Position numbers and translations under genes: made by a program
Notes under the pieces: generated by a model
The model's input: only the letters and a program-made list of their open reading frames with translations
Told to the model about the DNA's origin: nothing
Databases searched by the model: none
Shown: positions 10,226 to 20,441 of the stretch, in pieces
Numbering within the stretch: the stretch's first letter is position 1
How the letters are laid out: every line of letters starts with the position of its first letter
Assembly (NCBI GenBank): GCA_036679605.1
Contig: JAZDCZ010000075.1
Location: forward strand, 1-53,931
Direction: 5' to 3'
Source of the DNA: Gemmatimonadota bacterium
GTDB taxonomy: Bacteria; Gemmatimonadota; Gemmatimonadetes; Gemmatimonadales; GWC2-71-9
DNA: 53,931 nt

Positions 10226-10948
10226 TTAGATCGAACGTACTCCCATCGTCACTACGTTGTCTACCTGGACCGTCTCGTAGGTCATGAACGGCTCACCGTA
10301 AGCCGTGCGAATGAGGCTTCCGTAATGAGCGGCCTGCGTCGTAATGAGATCGTACAATGTCTGACCGGTAGGGAACAGCTCCCCGGCCGTCTGCACCCCT
10401 GTGAATTGCGAAGAGTAGCACTTTATTGCTGCCATCTTCGTTTCAAATTCAGACGAGATATCCACAACGAAGGTGGGCTTGACGGGGTCCTCTCGGTAGG
10501 CCAACGCGTAGATGATCTTCTCCGCGCGATGTGTTGCTCCGTCACCGGGGTAATTCTTGAGTCCCGCCAGAAAACAAGCGTCGCGTACCAGCTCAGCAGC
10601 GACACTGTGATCTGGGTGGAGGCCCGTGGGGTAGGGGAGGATAACGGTTCTTGGGCGAACCCGGCGTAACAGGGATACTATTATTCGCCGGGTCTTGTCG
10701 GTGTTGTGAAGGCCGGCATCGGGTAGTTCTGCATTCAATCGCTGCGTCACTCCCATGATCTCTGCCGATGCAGCGGCTTCTCGACCGCGGATCTCGACCG
10801 AACCTCGGGTTCCCATCTCTCCTCGAGTGAGATCGAGGATGCCGGTTTGATGACCATGTCGCGCGGCCTTGATCAACGTGCCTGCGCAGGTTAGTTCAAC
10901 ATCATCGGGATGGGCCCCCACCGCCAACAGATCTACGGTTTCACTCAC
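10226..10948 (-). CDS. bshB1: Bacillithiol biosynthesis deacetylase BshB1 (PIG-L family)
   Basis: GAHPDDVE, DLTRGEMGTRG, HPDH, Y.SQF and YGEPF motifs. Confidence 0.88.
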   Translation of the reverse strand: MSETVDLLAVGAHPDDVELTCAGTLIKAARHGHQTGILDLTRGEMGTRGSVEIRGREAAASAEIMGVTQRLNAELPDAGLHNTDKTRRIIVSLLRRVRPRTVILPYPTGLHPDHSVAAELVRDACFLAGLKNYPGDGATHRAEKIIYALAYREDPVKPTFVVDISSEFETKMAAIKCYSSQFTGVQTAGELFPTGQTLYDLITTQAAHYGSLIRTAYGEPFMTYETVQVDNVVTMGVRSI

Positions 10949-10973
10949 GATACCTCTCTCCGAAAGTATGTGT

Positions 10974-12215
10974 TCACTCGTGACGTAACGCCTCTACTGG
11001 ATCGAGCCGGGACGCTCTTGCCGCCGGCAACAATCCGAATATCACCCCGATTCCGACGGACACCGAGGTAGCTACAACCGCGCTCCAGATTGGCACGCCA
11101 GATGTAAGTCCCAACACGGATTTGAGAACCTGGCCGGCTCCCAGCCCGACTCCGATTCCGATGGCTCCACCCAAGAATGTGAGGGTCGCGGCCTCAATAA
11201 GAAACTGCCACATGATTTCTCGACGTGTTGCTCCAAGCGCCTTACGCACGCCGATCTCTTGAGTGCGGTCGGTTACGGAAACCATCATTATTGCCATGAC
11301 GCCTATTCCACCCACCAAGAGGGCAATGCTGGACAATGCTATCATGACCAGAAAGAACGCACTAGTCAGTTGGTCGAATATTTTGAGGATTTGATCGGAA
11401 GTTAAGAGATCGAACGAATTGGGGTCACCTGATCTCAGTCCACGCATGCGGCGCAGTTGCAGTATGGTTGCATCCATGGCATCTGGCACCGACACACCCT
11501 CCTTGGGCTTCACGATGATGATGAGTGCATTGGTTTCGTCGTGCCGGTACGCACGCTTTACGGTCAAGAACGGAATGATCGCCGCGATCTCTTGTCCTGG
11601 CGGCTGGAAGATGTTCTCTGGGGTTTGGTACAATCCAACTACCCGGAGCGGCTTACCGCCGATCCTGAGGGTTTGCCCAACCGGCTGGCGCCTACCAAAG
11701 ACACGATTTGCGGCACCTTTCTCAAGAACAACTACGGGTGCTCCCGATCTCATTTCGGCTCGTGTGAAGATCCGTCCGGCAAGTAGCTCTCCACCCAGCA
11801 CTTCCATGAATCGATCGTCTGCACCGAATACACTCGTCAGTTGTGTGCGGACACCCTCGAATTCCAGTCGCTCGAGAACTTGGACCCAGATAGCTGCATA
11901 GTGGATCTCGGGGAGCCGCGAGATTGCCTCACCCTCGTCGGCCTTCAGGACCGGACGGATTCGGACTTCCCTTGGGAGTGCGTCGGGGTTGACCGGCGTC
12001 TGTGAAAAGAACCGTAGGATGCGGAACGTAGTTGGCCCCACGATTTCCAACGTGCTCACTATCTGGTCGCGAATGCCGGCCACCATCGAAGCCATCGCCA
12101 TGACGGTAGATACACCGATGACCACGCCCAAAATGGTTAGACCGGAGCGCAGCTTGCGTTCCCATATTGCAGATAGAGCGATGCTGACGCCTTCAGAAAG
12201 CTGTACCAGCTTCAA
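10974..12215 (-). CDS. MacB/FtsX-family ABC permease (type B, copy 2)
   Basis: LRSGLTILGVVIG, VGGIGVMAIMMVSVTDRTQEIGVRKALGA, LDPVEALRHE; likely TTG start at 12215. Confidence 0.92.
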   Translation of the reverse strand: MKLVQLSEGVSIALSAIWERKLRSGLTILGVVIGVSTVMAMASMVAGIRDQIVSTLEIVGPTTFRILRFFSQTPVNPDALPREVRIRPVLKADEGEAISRLPEIHYAAIWVQVLERLEFEGVRTQLTSVFGADDRFMEVLGGELLAGRIFTRAEMRSGAPVVVLEKGAANRVFGRRQPVGQTLRIGGKPLRVVGLYQTPENIFQPPGQEIAAIIPFLTVKRAYRHDETNALIIIVKPKEGVSVPDAMDATILQLRRMRGLRSGDPNSFDLLTSDQILKIFDQLTSAFFLVMIALSSIALLVGGIGVMAIMMVSVTDRTQEIGVRKALGATRREIMWQFLIEAATLTFLGGAIGIGVGLGAGQVLKSVLGLTSGVPIWSAVVATSVSVGIGVIFGLLPAARASRLDPVEALRHE

Positions 12216-12222
12216 GGCTCTA

Positions 12223-13467
12223 TCACTCTTGCCGCAGTGCCACGATGGGGTCAAGCCTTGCTGCTCGCGTGGCAGGGTACACACCAAAGACAAGGCCGAC
12301 ACTGGTGCCGATGAACAACGCCAGAGCCGCGGACCACAAGGTTACGCGGGCTGGGAGCGGCGTCGTGACTGCGACTAACTGGGCTAGGCTCCACCCAGTG
12401 AACACGCCCAGAAGTCCGCCGATAGTCGCAAGAACTACCGCCTCCGCTAGAAACTGTCCGGCGATGTCGCGTCGTCTGGCGCCCAGAGATTTTCTGATGC
12501 CGATCTCGCGGGTGCGCTCGTTGACCGACATCAGCATGATGTTCATGATCACAATGCCCCCGACAATGATGCCGATAGCAACCACGGCGGGTACCACGGT
12601 AAAAAGGACTTTGGTCAGGCTCTTCCAGAACGCTACGAGCCCTTCGGCAGTGTCGACGGTGAAATCGTTTGGTTCGCCAGGGCGGAGTCGGTGGGCGGTG
12701 CGCATCGCCTCTTCGGCTCGGGCCATGCCATCGGCGACCAGAGTTGCAGTCGGCATCTTGACGGATATGACCGTCGTTAGTCGGCGGCCATAGACACTCT
12801 CGAATACTCTGAGCGGTAGCAGTACAAAACCGTCCCACGATTGTCCGAGCACAGTACCCTTCTTCCCGACGACTCCCTTGACGGTTACCAGGAGGCGTCC
12901 AACGCGAACCTTCTTGCCGACCGCCTGCTCCAGATCATCGAACAACTTTGATGCGACGTCGTATCCCAGAACTGCCGCGTAGCGTCGCTCCAACACGTCA
13001 ATGTCGGTGAGAGGCTCTCCAGCAACGATCTCATAGTCTTGGACCTCTTGATACGGCGCCGTGATCCCAAGGACCAGCACGTCACCAATGGATCTGTTGC
13101 GCCAGCTGACATCGGCAATGGGTGTAGGCCAGCCGGATTGGAGCGCTATTGCGTCGGCGGCCGGAACAGCCTGCTGTACGAACCCCACATCCTGGCGCGC
13201 AATTTTCGGCCTGCGTTGCAACTCGCGCCAATCTTCTTCATCGATCAACCCTATGGAAATAGGCGTACGGCGAATCTGAAACGCATTCTTGCCCACTATC
13301 GCGCCGGCAATGTTTTCCTTCACGTACGCATTCATTCCCTGAATGATTGCCACAACTGCTACGAGAAAGGCAACGGATACTATTATCCCGAGCAACGTGA
13401 AGAACGACCTGAGCTTGTGGCCCAAGACGGCTTGAAACGCGAGGCGACATGCTTCGGAGAACGGCAT
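12223..13467 (-). CDS. MacB/FtsX-family ABC permease (type A, copy 2)
   Basis: KLRSFFTLLG, VGGIVIMNIMLMSVNERTREIG, LDPIVALRQE. Confidence 0.93.
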   Translation of the reverse strand: MPFSEACRLAFQAVLGHKLRSFFTLLGIIVSVAFLVAVVAIIQGMNAYVKENIAGAIVGKNAFQIRRTPISIGLIDEEDWRELQRRPKIARQDVGFVQQAVPAADAIALQSGWPTPIADVSWRNRSIGDVLVLGITAPYQEVQDYEIVAGEPLTDIDVLERRYAAVLGYDVASKLFDDLEQAVGKKVRVGRLLVTVKGVVGKKGTVLGQSWDGFVLLPLRVFESVYGRRLTTVISVKMPTATLVADGMARAEEAMRTAHRLRPGEPNDFTVDTAEGLVAFWKSLTKVLFTVVPAVVAIGIIVGGIVIMNIMLMSVNERTREIGIRKSLGARRRDIAGQFLAEAVVLATIGGLLGVFTGWSLAQLVAVTTPLPARVTLWSAALALFIGTSVGLVFGVYPATRAARLDPIVALRQE

Positions 13468-13534
13468 CTCGAGAATCTAAAGTGATCTTGGTCGGAGGGC
13501 AGTCCAACCGGGTATAGCGAGGGTCGGGCGTCGC

Positions 13535-14755
13535 TTATTCGTACCGCAACGCTTCCACCGGATCGAGTCTGGCAGCTCGGGCGGCCGGGTAGAGCCCGAA
13601 GATCACACCCGTAAAGATTGATGCACTCAAAGCGGCAACAATCGACCAGAATGGGACCTCGGCCGGAATCGGTGTCGTGCTTGAAACGATGAGGGTGATG
13701 GCTCCGCCGAGAATCATCCCGGCCGCGCCACCGATTGCCGTGAGCGTGGATGCTTCAACGAGAAACTGCCAAAGGATTGCCCTGCGCCTCGCTCCAAGTG
13801 CCTTACGGACTCCTATTTCCCGCGTGCGCTCGGTGACAGAAATCATCATGATGGCAACCACTCCGATTCCACCGACCATCAATCCTATGGAAGAGAGCGC
13901 CATCATGACCAGGAAGAACATTCCGGTGATCTGATTCCAATTCTGTAAGGCCTTTTCCTGCGTGAAGACACCGAAGTTGTTGTCTTCACGTGGGCCCAAA
14001 CCCCTGATCGAGCGCATGGCAGCAGTAACGTTCTCGGTCGCATCACTGACCGCAACGCCAGCGGCTGGCGAGATGAAGAAGGTAAGTCCACCCCTCCACG
14101 TTCGAACGTGCTTGCGAAAAGCCCCTTGAGGAATTGTTACTTGTGGACGATTGCCTGTGCCGAAGATGTCGGGCGGTGGTTGGTGTACGCCTATCACTTT
14201 GAACGGTACCCCCGCGACCTTGATGTAGTGGCCGATGGGATCTCGCAAGCCAAACAGTTCTCCTGCAGCTTTCTCATTGATAACCACGACGCGCGTATTC
14301 GAGCGCGACTCAAGCTCGGTGTACGATCGGCCAGGGAAAATGTCTCCGCCAGTTACAACCGGCCATCCTGCGCTGTATCCCAGCACCGCGACGGAGTTGA
14401 GCTTTTGATTCTCGAACTCCACTGGGCGGCTGGTTTGCTCATGCATGACTACGATCGACACGCTCGGCAGTCTACTCAACCGTTCTGCCTCCGCTGTCGT
14501 CAGGGGCGGCGCATGCCACCGGTCGTCGTCATCGAACGTAACGCCGGTTTGCGGAGACCGCTGGACGAAGAACGTGCGCGGGCCTAGCTGCTCGAAAATT
14601 TCCTCCACGCCACTGTTGATACCGGAAATCATTGATCCGATTACCATTACGACCATTACGCCGATAGCGATTCCCAGAATGGTCAGCGCAGCTCGCACTT
14701 TGTTGGCCCGGAGCGATCCAAGTGCGATGCCGACACCTTCAAAGATTTGCGTCAA
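13535..14755 (-). CDS. MacB/FtsX-family ABC permease (type B, copy 1)
   Basis: RAALTILGIAIG, VGGIGVVAIMMISVTERTREIG, LDPVEALRYE. Confidence 0.93.
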   Translation of the reverse strand: MTQIFEGVGIALGSLRANKVRAALTILGIAIGVMVVMVIGSMISGINSGVEEIFEQLGPRTFFVQRSPQTGVTFDDDDRWHAPPLTTAEAERLSRLPSVSIVVMHEQTSRPVEFENQKLNSVAVLGYSAGWPVVTGGDIFPGRSYTELESRSNTRVVVINEKAAGELFGLRDPIGHYIKVAGVPFKVIGVHQPPPDIFGTGNRPQVTIPQGAFRKHVRTWRGGLTFFISPAAGVAVSDATENVTAAMRSIRGLGPREDNNFGVFTQEKALQNWNQITGMFFLVMMALSSIGLMVGGIGVVAIMMISVTERTREIGVRKALGARRRAILWQFLVEASTLTAIGGAAGMILGGAITLIVSSTTPIPAEVPFWSIVAALSASIFTGVIFGLYPAARAARLDPVEALRYE

Positions 14756-14758
14756 TCT

Positions 14759-15997
14759 CTACTCCTGCCTCATGGCATCTACGGGATCCAGCCTTGCAGC
14801 GCGGCTGGCTGGGTATAGGCCGGCAGAAACGCCCACACCCGCCCCTACGAGCACGCCCAAGCCGATGGACCATGGAGCGACGGTAGCCGGCAGCGGTGTA
14901 GTTGCGTTGATGACTCCGGCCATGCCGAGTCCCGTGACTATTCCCAATCCGGCGCCTATTGTGGCCAGCGCGGCAGATTCTACCAGGAATTGGCGCAAAA
15001 TGTCGCGGCGTCTCGCGCCCAAGGCTTTTCGGATCCCGATCTCCCTGGTGCGTTCGGCGACGGACATGAGCATGATGTTCATGATCACTATTCCTCCGAC
15101 GACGAGAGAAATACTTACCAAGCCAGGGCCAATTGCCAGCATCATCGTCTTGATCTTTCCCCAGAAATCCAGCACGGCCGACGCGTTCTCAACGGAAAAA
15201 TTGTTGTCTTCCTTTGGTCGTAGGCTTCTCCGGCTGCGCATGACGGACTCGACTTCCGCCATCGCAGTTTCCATGTCTGCCTCGGATGTCGTTTTCACGA
15301 GAAACTGATCGACTACCCGAGGTGGGGCCACGAATCGCTTGATGGGAGACATAGCGGGCGCCACGGCAAATTCGTCCAGTGAGAATCCGAATATGTCGCC
15401 CTGACTCTCGACCACTCCCACTACACGGTAGGGGAGGCCTCTAATTTTGATTTCGCTCCCAATCGGATCGCTATTCTCAAAGAGTCCCTCGGCCACCTTG
15501 CTGCCGAGCACGACCACTGGAAGCCCTGCTCGGGCCTCCTGGGTACTGAACGGACGACCAGTTTCTATTGTCCAGCTCTTTAGCTCAAAGTAGGCTTCGC
15601 TTGCACCGATAATCCTTATTTGGGCCGATTTGTCCGCATAGGATACTTCCGCGCTTCCACCTGACTCCCAGGATGTAGTGGCCGGAACGGTCAGCGCGGC
15701 GTCTACTGCCCGAGCATCATCGTATGTGATGCGGGGTCGGCGTATCCAACTGCGCCAAGTCTCTCTTGTTACGTCACCCCCGCTGAAGTCAGGGTAGCGC
15801 CGTAGCTGGAACGTATTGGCCCCCAAGAGATTGCCGGCCACTTGTTCGGTCATGTAAGTGTTCATGCCCTCGACAATCGTGACCACGGCGATCAGGAACG
15901 CCACCCCAACGAAAACCCCGATTACTGAAAAACCGCTTTTCAGTTTCTGCGACCAGATCACTCGGAACGCCAGGCGGAATGCTTCGGTAAAAGGCAT
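14759..15997 (-). CDS. MacB/FtsX-family ABC permease (type A, copy 1)
   Basis: KLKSGFSVIG, VGGIVIMNIMLMSVAERTREIG, LDPVDAMRQE. Confidence 0.93.
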   Translation of the reverse strand: MPFTEAFRLAFRVIWSQKLKSGFSVIGVFVGVAFLIAVVTIVEGMNTYMTEQVAGNLLGANTFQLRRYPDFSGGDVTRETWRSWIRRPRITYDDARAVDAALTVPATTSWESGGSAEVSYADKSAQIRIIGASEAYFELKSWTIETGRPFSTQEARAGLPVVVLGSKVAEGLFENSDPIGSEIKIRGLPYRVVGVVESQGDIFGFSLDEFAVAPAMSPIKRFVAPPRVVDQFLVKTTSEADMETAMAEVESVMRSRRSLRPKEDNNFSVENASAVLDFWGKIKTMMLAIGPGLVSISLVVGGIVIMNIMLMSVAERTREIGIRKALGARRRDILRQFLVESAALATIGAGLGIVTGLGMAGVINATTPLPATVAPWSIGLGVLVGAGVGVSAGLYPASRAARLDPVDAMRQE

Positions 15998-16008
15998 GAG
16001 GTTCTTCC

Positions 16009-17259
16009 CTAGCTTCCGGTCTTCGAACCAGATTCCTTGATAGGACGCACCGCTGTGGAGTCTTTCATGTCGCGGATTGTTTGATAGGGCCCAGCCACGA
16101 TCGAGTCACCGGCTGCAAGGCCCTCGATTACCTCGAAAGATTCCTCTCCCGCGATCCCGACCCGGACGGGCCTGAATTGCGCAATTCCGTCGATGACTAG
16201 AAAGACTCCCTCGGTTTCCTCGGCACCGCCTGTGGTATCGCGCGGGGCTGTCTCGGTTGAGATCGGCGTATGCTCTCTCACCGTCAAAGCAATAATCGGA
16301 ATGCTCAATACGCTATCTCGCGTCGCCGTCACGATCTTGGCTGTGGCCGAAAGGTCGGGTCGGATACCAGGTGGCGGGTCGTCGAGCGTGACTTCGACGT
16401 CGTAGTCTACCGCCTGATCACCCGTACCGCCTGCGGCAGCGGCTCGCACCGCGCTCTGGGCTATTTTCGTGACTCGTCCGGAGAACGTCGTGTCGGGATA
16501 GGCATCGATCGTGATTTCGGTCGAGTCACCCGCGTGGAGCCGCACCACGTCTGTCTCATCCACGCGGACGTTGACCTGAATCACCGATAGGTCGCTCACG
16601 GTCATCAACAGCCCAGTTTCTCGGGAGAACGTACCCACTACCGCGACCTCACCCTCCTCGACCGCTAGACGGGTTACCTGACCATCCATCGGTGCCCTGA
16701 GAATGGTCTTCGCGAGTTGCTCCTGCGCCTCCTGGAGTGACGCGCGAGCCTGCCCGATGTTGTGGCCTGCTGATGTCGCAAGAGCTTCGGCCACATCGAA
16801 ATTCTGTTGAGCTTGCTCTAACTGCTCGTCCGATATCAGGATTGAGTCTGTGCGCCTCAACGCGAGTGAGCGATCGAGGCTTCTCTTCGCCTGATCTCTA
16901 TTGACCCGTGCCTGTATTGCAGACGCCTCGGCCGAGGCCATACTTGCTTGGGCACGGGATACGGCTGCTTCGTACTGCGACGGATCGATTCTGACTAGCA
17001 AGTCATTTTTCTTGACCCAATCGCCTTCGTCAACCGTCAGCTCGATTATGCGGCCTGTGATATCGGAACTAACATCGACGGCCTTGGTTGGTTTGATTTG
17101 TCCGCTTGCGGTGACTGTGGATACGAGATCTTGATATTCTACAGCCTCGAGCCTGACCGATTGGCCGCGATCGGATTTTTTTGCAGCATTTAGACTAATC
17201 AGAGCCACTAGGGCTACGGTACCGATCCCACCAATAAGAATTTTCTTGCGTCCGGACAT
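16009..17259 (-). CDS. Periplasmic adaptor (membrane fusion protein), MacA-like
   Basis: N-terminal TM, lipoyl halves (V..GD.VK; ILRAPMDG), coiled-coil hairpin, VDETDV and IDAYPD motifs. Confidence 0.93.
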   Translation of the reverse strand: MSGRKKILIGGIGTVALVALISLNAAKKSDRGQSVRLEAVEYQDLVSTVTASGQIKPTKAVDVSSDITGRIIELTVDEGDWVKKNDLLVRIDPSQYEAAVSRAQASMASAEASAIQARVNRDQAKRSLDRSLALRRTDSILISDEQLEQAQQNFDVAEALATSAGHNIGQARASLQEAQEQLAKTILRAPMDGQVTRLAVEEGEVAVVGTFSRETGLLMTVSDLSVIQVNVRVDETDVVRLHAGDSTEITIDAYPDTTFSGRVTKIAQSAVRAAAAGGTGDQAVDYDVEVTLDDPPPGIRPDLSATAKIVTATRDSVLSIPIIALTVREHTPISTETAPRDTTGGAEETEGVFLVIDGIAQFRPVRVGIAGEESFEVIEGLAAGDSIVAGPYQTIRDMKDSTAVRPIKESGSKTGS

Positions 17260-17273
17260 ATCGGTTCTATCCC

Positions 17274-18803
17274 TTAACGGAGTGGCCGCCCGACCGCTGC
17301 TTCCAGCGTCGAGATGGCGCGGTGGTAGCCGTATACGGCATTAATATAGTCTCTATCTGCCTGCTCGGCTGCGAGCTGAGCATCCAACAGTTCGAAAAAA
17401 GTGCCCGATCCGACACGGTAGCGCTCGCTGGCTAGCCTTAACCCCTCGTCTGCTGCCACTCTGTTCTGTTCCTGAATGGTGATAGTCTCGTAGGCAGTCT
17501 GAAGCGCGTAGAAGGCTTGGGACACCAGGGTATGAACATCCAGTTCTCGTGCCCGCAGAGCCTCCCTGGCGTCTTCAGCCTGAGCCGTGGCTTGTGAGTT
17601 GCGAAGCGGGCGGCTGAACTGTGTGAAGATCGGTAGGGAAATCGTCACACTGGCGTTGAATGGCTGTGCAGTGAAGCCAAAGGGAAAAACACTGTTCTGG
17701 TTCAGCAGCTGGCTGCGAAGTTGGGCTTCCTGCTGCGCAGTAAAGGTGAAACCAGAGCAATCGAGCGGGGCGACGGTAGGTGTTGCAAGCCCGGCAATGA
17801 TGTCGTTCTGAAGATTGCACTCATTTAGGCCCGCCAGAGCGCTGTTTTGAGCACTCGCGACCCCACCCTCGACCAGAGGGGCGGCGTCGGTGAATTCACG
17901 AGCGAACCCCGACCATCCTGCCCTCAGGTTCAGCGACGGAAGCCACTCCGAGCGGACAGCGCGCTGGTTAGCGTTAGCCGCGTCCTTCTGGGCGCCCAGC
18001 TGTAGGATGTCGGGGTTACTGACGTTTGCCTGTCCCAGTAGGTCGTCCAATTGCCACTCCGGTGCCACGATTGGGAAGCTGTCGGTTAGCGTTACGGAGG
18101 ATGGGTCGGTTGGGGCGGCTACGCCCATCCGTTGGAAGAGACGTAGCTTTTCGACAAGGACGCTTTGCTCGTCCTGGAGCAGAGTCACCCGCGACTGCCC
18201 ATGGCTCACTTCGGCCTGTCGCACATCCAGCATGGTGTTCTGACCTACCTGGTAACGCGACCTAGCCAGCCTCAGGAACTCCTCATTCCGCTCAACCTGC
18301 GTCTGGGACAGCTCGACCTGCGCCTCAGCTTCGAGAACTGCGAGATATTGCTGCCGTACGGCAGATTCGAGATTGATCTCAGAACTCGTTATTGCGGCCT
18401 CGGCAGCTTTGAGGTTGGCGCGTGCCACCCCCGGTCCCATAATTGTTTGGCCGTCGAGCTGCATGCTCAATCCCAAGCTGTAGGAAGACCCTATGGTCGC
18501 CGAGGGTTGAAGGAACGAGGTCGATCCGAAGAAGTTCTGCGTACCGGCGCCGGTGTAGCTTGCTGAGCTGCTGAGATCAAATCTGGGGATAAACGATGCG
18601 TAAGCATTGCGCACTCCCCATTGTGCGCTGGGTCGATCGTTTTCGACTTGGCGGTGCGCGGGGTTGTATCTGGTGGCAAGCTCAACGGCATCGCGCAGCG
18701 AGATCGTCTGAGGTGTTGACGGTCGGGAACGATTCTGGGCAAGAAGTGCCGGAGGCAGACTCAATGCCACTGCAACGAGTCCGACGAGCGCAGTCTTTTT
18801 CAT
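17274..18803 (-). CDS. TolC-family outer membrane channel
   Basis: Signal peptide, duplicated OEP repeats (RYQVG...LDV; RYRVG...ELLDAQ), LEAAVG C-terminus. Confidence 0.92.
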   Translation of the reverse strand: MKKTALVGLVAVALSLPPALLAQNRSRPSTPQTISLRDAVELATRYNPAHRQVENDRPSAQWGVRNAYASFIPRFDLSSSASYTGAGTQNFFGSTSFLQPSATIGSSYSLGLSMQLDGQTIMGPGVARANLKAAEAAITSSEINLESAVRQQYLAVLEAEAQVELSQTQVERNEEFLRLARSRYQVGQNTMLDVRQAEVSHGQSRVTLLQDEQSVLVEKLRLFQRMGVAAPTDPSSVTLTDSFPIVAPEWQLDDLLGQANVSNPDILQLGAQKDAANANQRAVRSEWLPSLNLRAGWSGFAREFTDAAPLVEGGVASAQNSALAGLNECNLQNDIIAGLATPTVAPLDCSGFTFTAQQEAQLRSQLLNQNSVFPFGFTAQPFNASVTISLPIFTQFSRPLRNSQATAQAEDAREALRARELDVHTLVSQAFYALQTAYETITIQEQNRVAADEGLRLASERYRVGSGTFFELLDAQLAAEQADRDYINAVYGYHRAISTLEAAVGRPLR

Positions 18804-18848
18804 GGCGTGACCTTCTGAGAGATAGTTGTACTCGTGACCACCAGGCTC

Positions 18849-18875
18849 TACGGGTGGGGTTGCCTCAAGGTTTCA
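18849..18875 (-). promoter_or_regulatory. Putative ECF-sigma (SigW-like) promoter of the tolC operon
   Basis: Minus strand TGAAAC-N17-CGTA, ending 46 nt upstream of the tolC ATG; same motif and spacing at 42109-42135. Confidence 0.6.
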
Positions 18876-18966
18876 ACCCGAGACGTTGTCTTTGCGACTG
18901 TAATACTAGAAGGGTCTCTCGGTGGTTCCAAGGCATGGAAATCGCTGGCGGGTACTTACTTACGCG

Positions 18967-19659
18967 CTAACGGCCGCTGGGTGGTATTCTGACGGCTGTG
19001 AGATCATCAGATGGGATCTCGAGCTTGATTAGGCGGCCCCGATCGTCGAACCAGATATGATGAGTCTCGGCTGCACTTTCCAATTTGAGATGTCTTAGGC
19101 TCCGACTCCGCCCACCAACCGAAGTCTGCTCCATGCCGTCATCTTTGAGCGTCGTCACCAGGCGCAGGGAGGTCCGTGGCCTAAACAAGATGATCGTGCC
19201 TTCCGCCAGGCCGGGGGGGATCAGGTACCCTGAGATGAAGAGTTCGTCCAATACCAGAGCCCGGCCCGCCGCCGGAAATTGCCGAGCCGATTCCCCGGAC
19301 GGAGTAACTGTGCGAACCGTGATACGCCGGCGCTCGAACCGGACGAAAACACTTGGCCTATCCCCCCCGTTCACATCGATCCGGACTGTGGTAGGCTGAG
19401 AGTCAGGGCCCAGTTCCAAGCCCCACGTGGCGCTGGGAGTGAGGTTGTGTGGGGGATAGAATGAGGCGCTCACGATGCTGTAGTCTGAGCCTGATGTGGC
19501 CCGACCTTTGCGCACGACAAACTCCTCGCGCCCTACGATGTCGGAGCCTCGGTATATGAGGAACTGCCCTTGGTCCAGGATCCTGTCTTGGGCCGCCAAG
19601 ATAGGTGAAAAGGCGTACAGCGGCACAGCCAGCATGAGTGAGAGAAGTTGTAATCGCAT
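18967..19659 (-). CDS. Hypothetical secreted beta-rich protein
   Basis: Signal peptide MRLQLLSLMLAVPL...AAQ; beta-strand-rich body ending IWFDDRGRLIKLEIP. Confidence 0.65.
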   Translation of the reverse strand: MRLQLLSLMLAVPLYAFSPILAAQDRILDQGQFLIYRGSDIVGREEFVVRKGRATSGSDYSIVSASFYPPHNLTPSATWGLELGPDSQPTTVRIDVNGGDRPSVFVRFERRRITVRTVTPSGESARQFPAAGRALVLDELFISGYLIPPGLAEGTIILFRPRTSLRLVTTLKDDGMEQTSVGGRSRSLRHLKLESAAETHHIWFDDRGRLIKLEIPSDDLTAVRIPPSGR

Positions 19660-19697
19660 ATGCGTCTTCTCGGCAGATCCCGGCGTGTGGAGGGTCA

Positions 19698-20441
19698 CTA
19701 GTCACCCTCCACACGGCCGAATATTCTTGTAGCAATCCGTTCGTATATAACATGATATAGTTGCTCTCCCTTCTCAATCGTGGCCAAGCTCGGCTGGCCC
19801 AACGAGCCCGGGCTGTCGGAAGGAATAGCGTGCGGAGATCCTCGGTGGTAGCGCCTTATATGTCGCCTCAACGGTACGTAATCGTGGGCCTTGTCGAGTT
19901 CGACTAGCGTGGCATCTACGTACAGCAGAAGTGATGTATCCAGTTCGCCGCCGTGGACGGGGATCTCGGAGTCACCTTCCAAATCCTCATGGGGTACTGC
20001 AAAAATGTCCACTGTGCGAATCGTGGCGAATCGCGAACTGAGTGTACTCAAGGCCTCCTGGTGGGGGTCCTGGCCATGGGCGGTGAGAATTATGAATTCC
20101 TCTACCCCACCGGCTTCCCACGAACCGACTAGATCGTTGATGAGGCGGTGCAGCGTCTTGCGGCTCAATGAGGCACTTCCAGGGTACGGGCTCTTCGTAG
20201 CAGCATTCACCCCATATTCTATTGTGGGTGCTCGAAGTATCTGAAACTCTGTGGAGAGGTCGTCAGCGAGCCGCTCGACTATTATGGTGTCGCATCCCAG
20301 CGGCAGATGTGGCCCGTGCTGCTCGGTGGTCCCGACGGGGACGATAAGTTGGGCTCTTTCAGCCAGGATGCCCTCGATTTCTCGAGAGGTTAAGTATTTG
20401 AGAGGTAAAGGCCTACGCAGACCTTGATTAGACTCGCTCAT
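19698..20441 (-). CDS. Creatininase/MftE-family amidohydrolase
   Basis: VPVGTTEQHGPHLPLGCD, AHG and HGGELDTS motifs. Confidence 0.9.
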   Translation of the reverse strand: MSESNQGLRRPLPLKYLTSREIEGILAERAQLIVPVGTTEQHGPHLPLGCDTIIVERLADDLSTEFQILRAPTIEYGVNAATKSPYPGSASLSRKTLHRLINDLVGSWEAGGVEEFIILTAHGQDPHQEALSTLSSRFATIRTVDIFAVPHEDLEGDSEIPVHGGELDTSLLLYVDATLVELDKAHDYVPLRRHIRRYHRGSPHAIPSDSPGSLGQPSLATIEKGEQLYHVIYERIATRIFGRVEGD

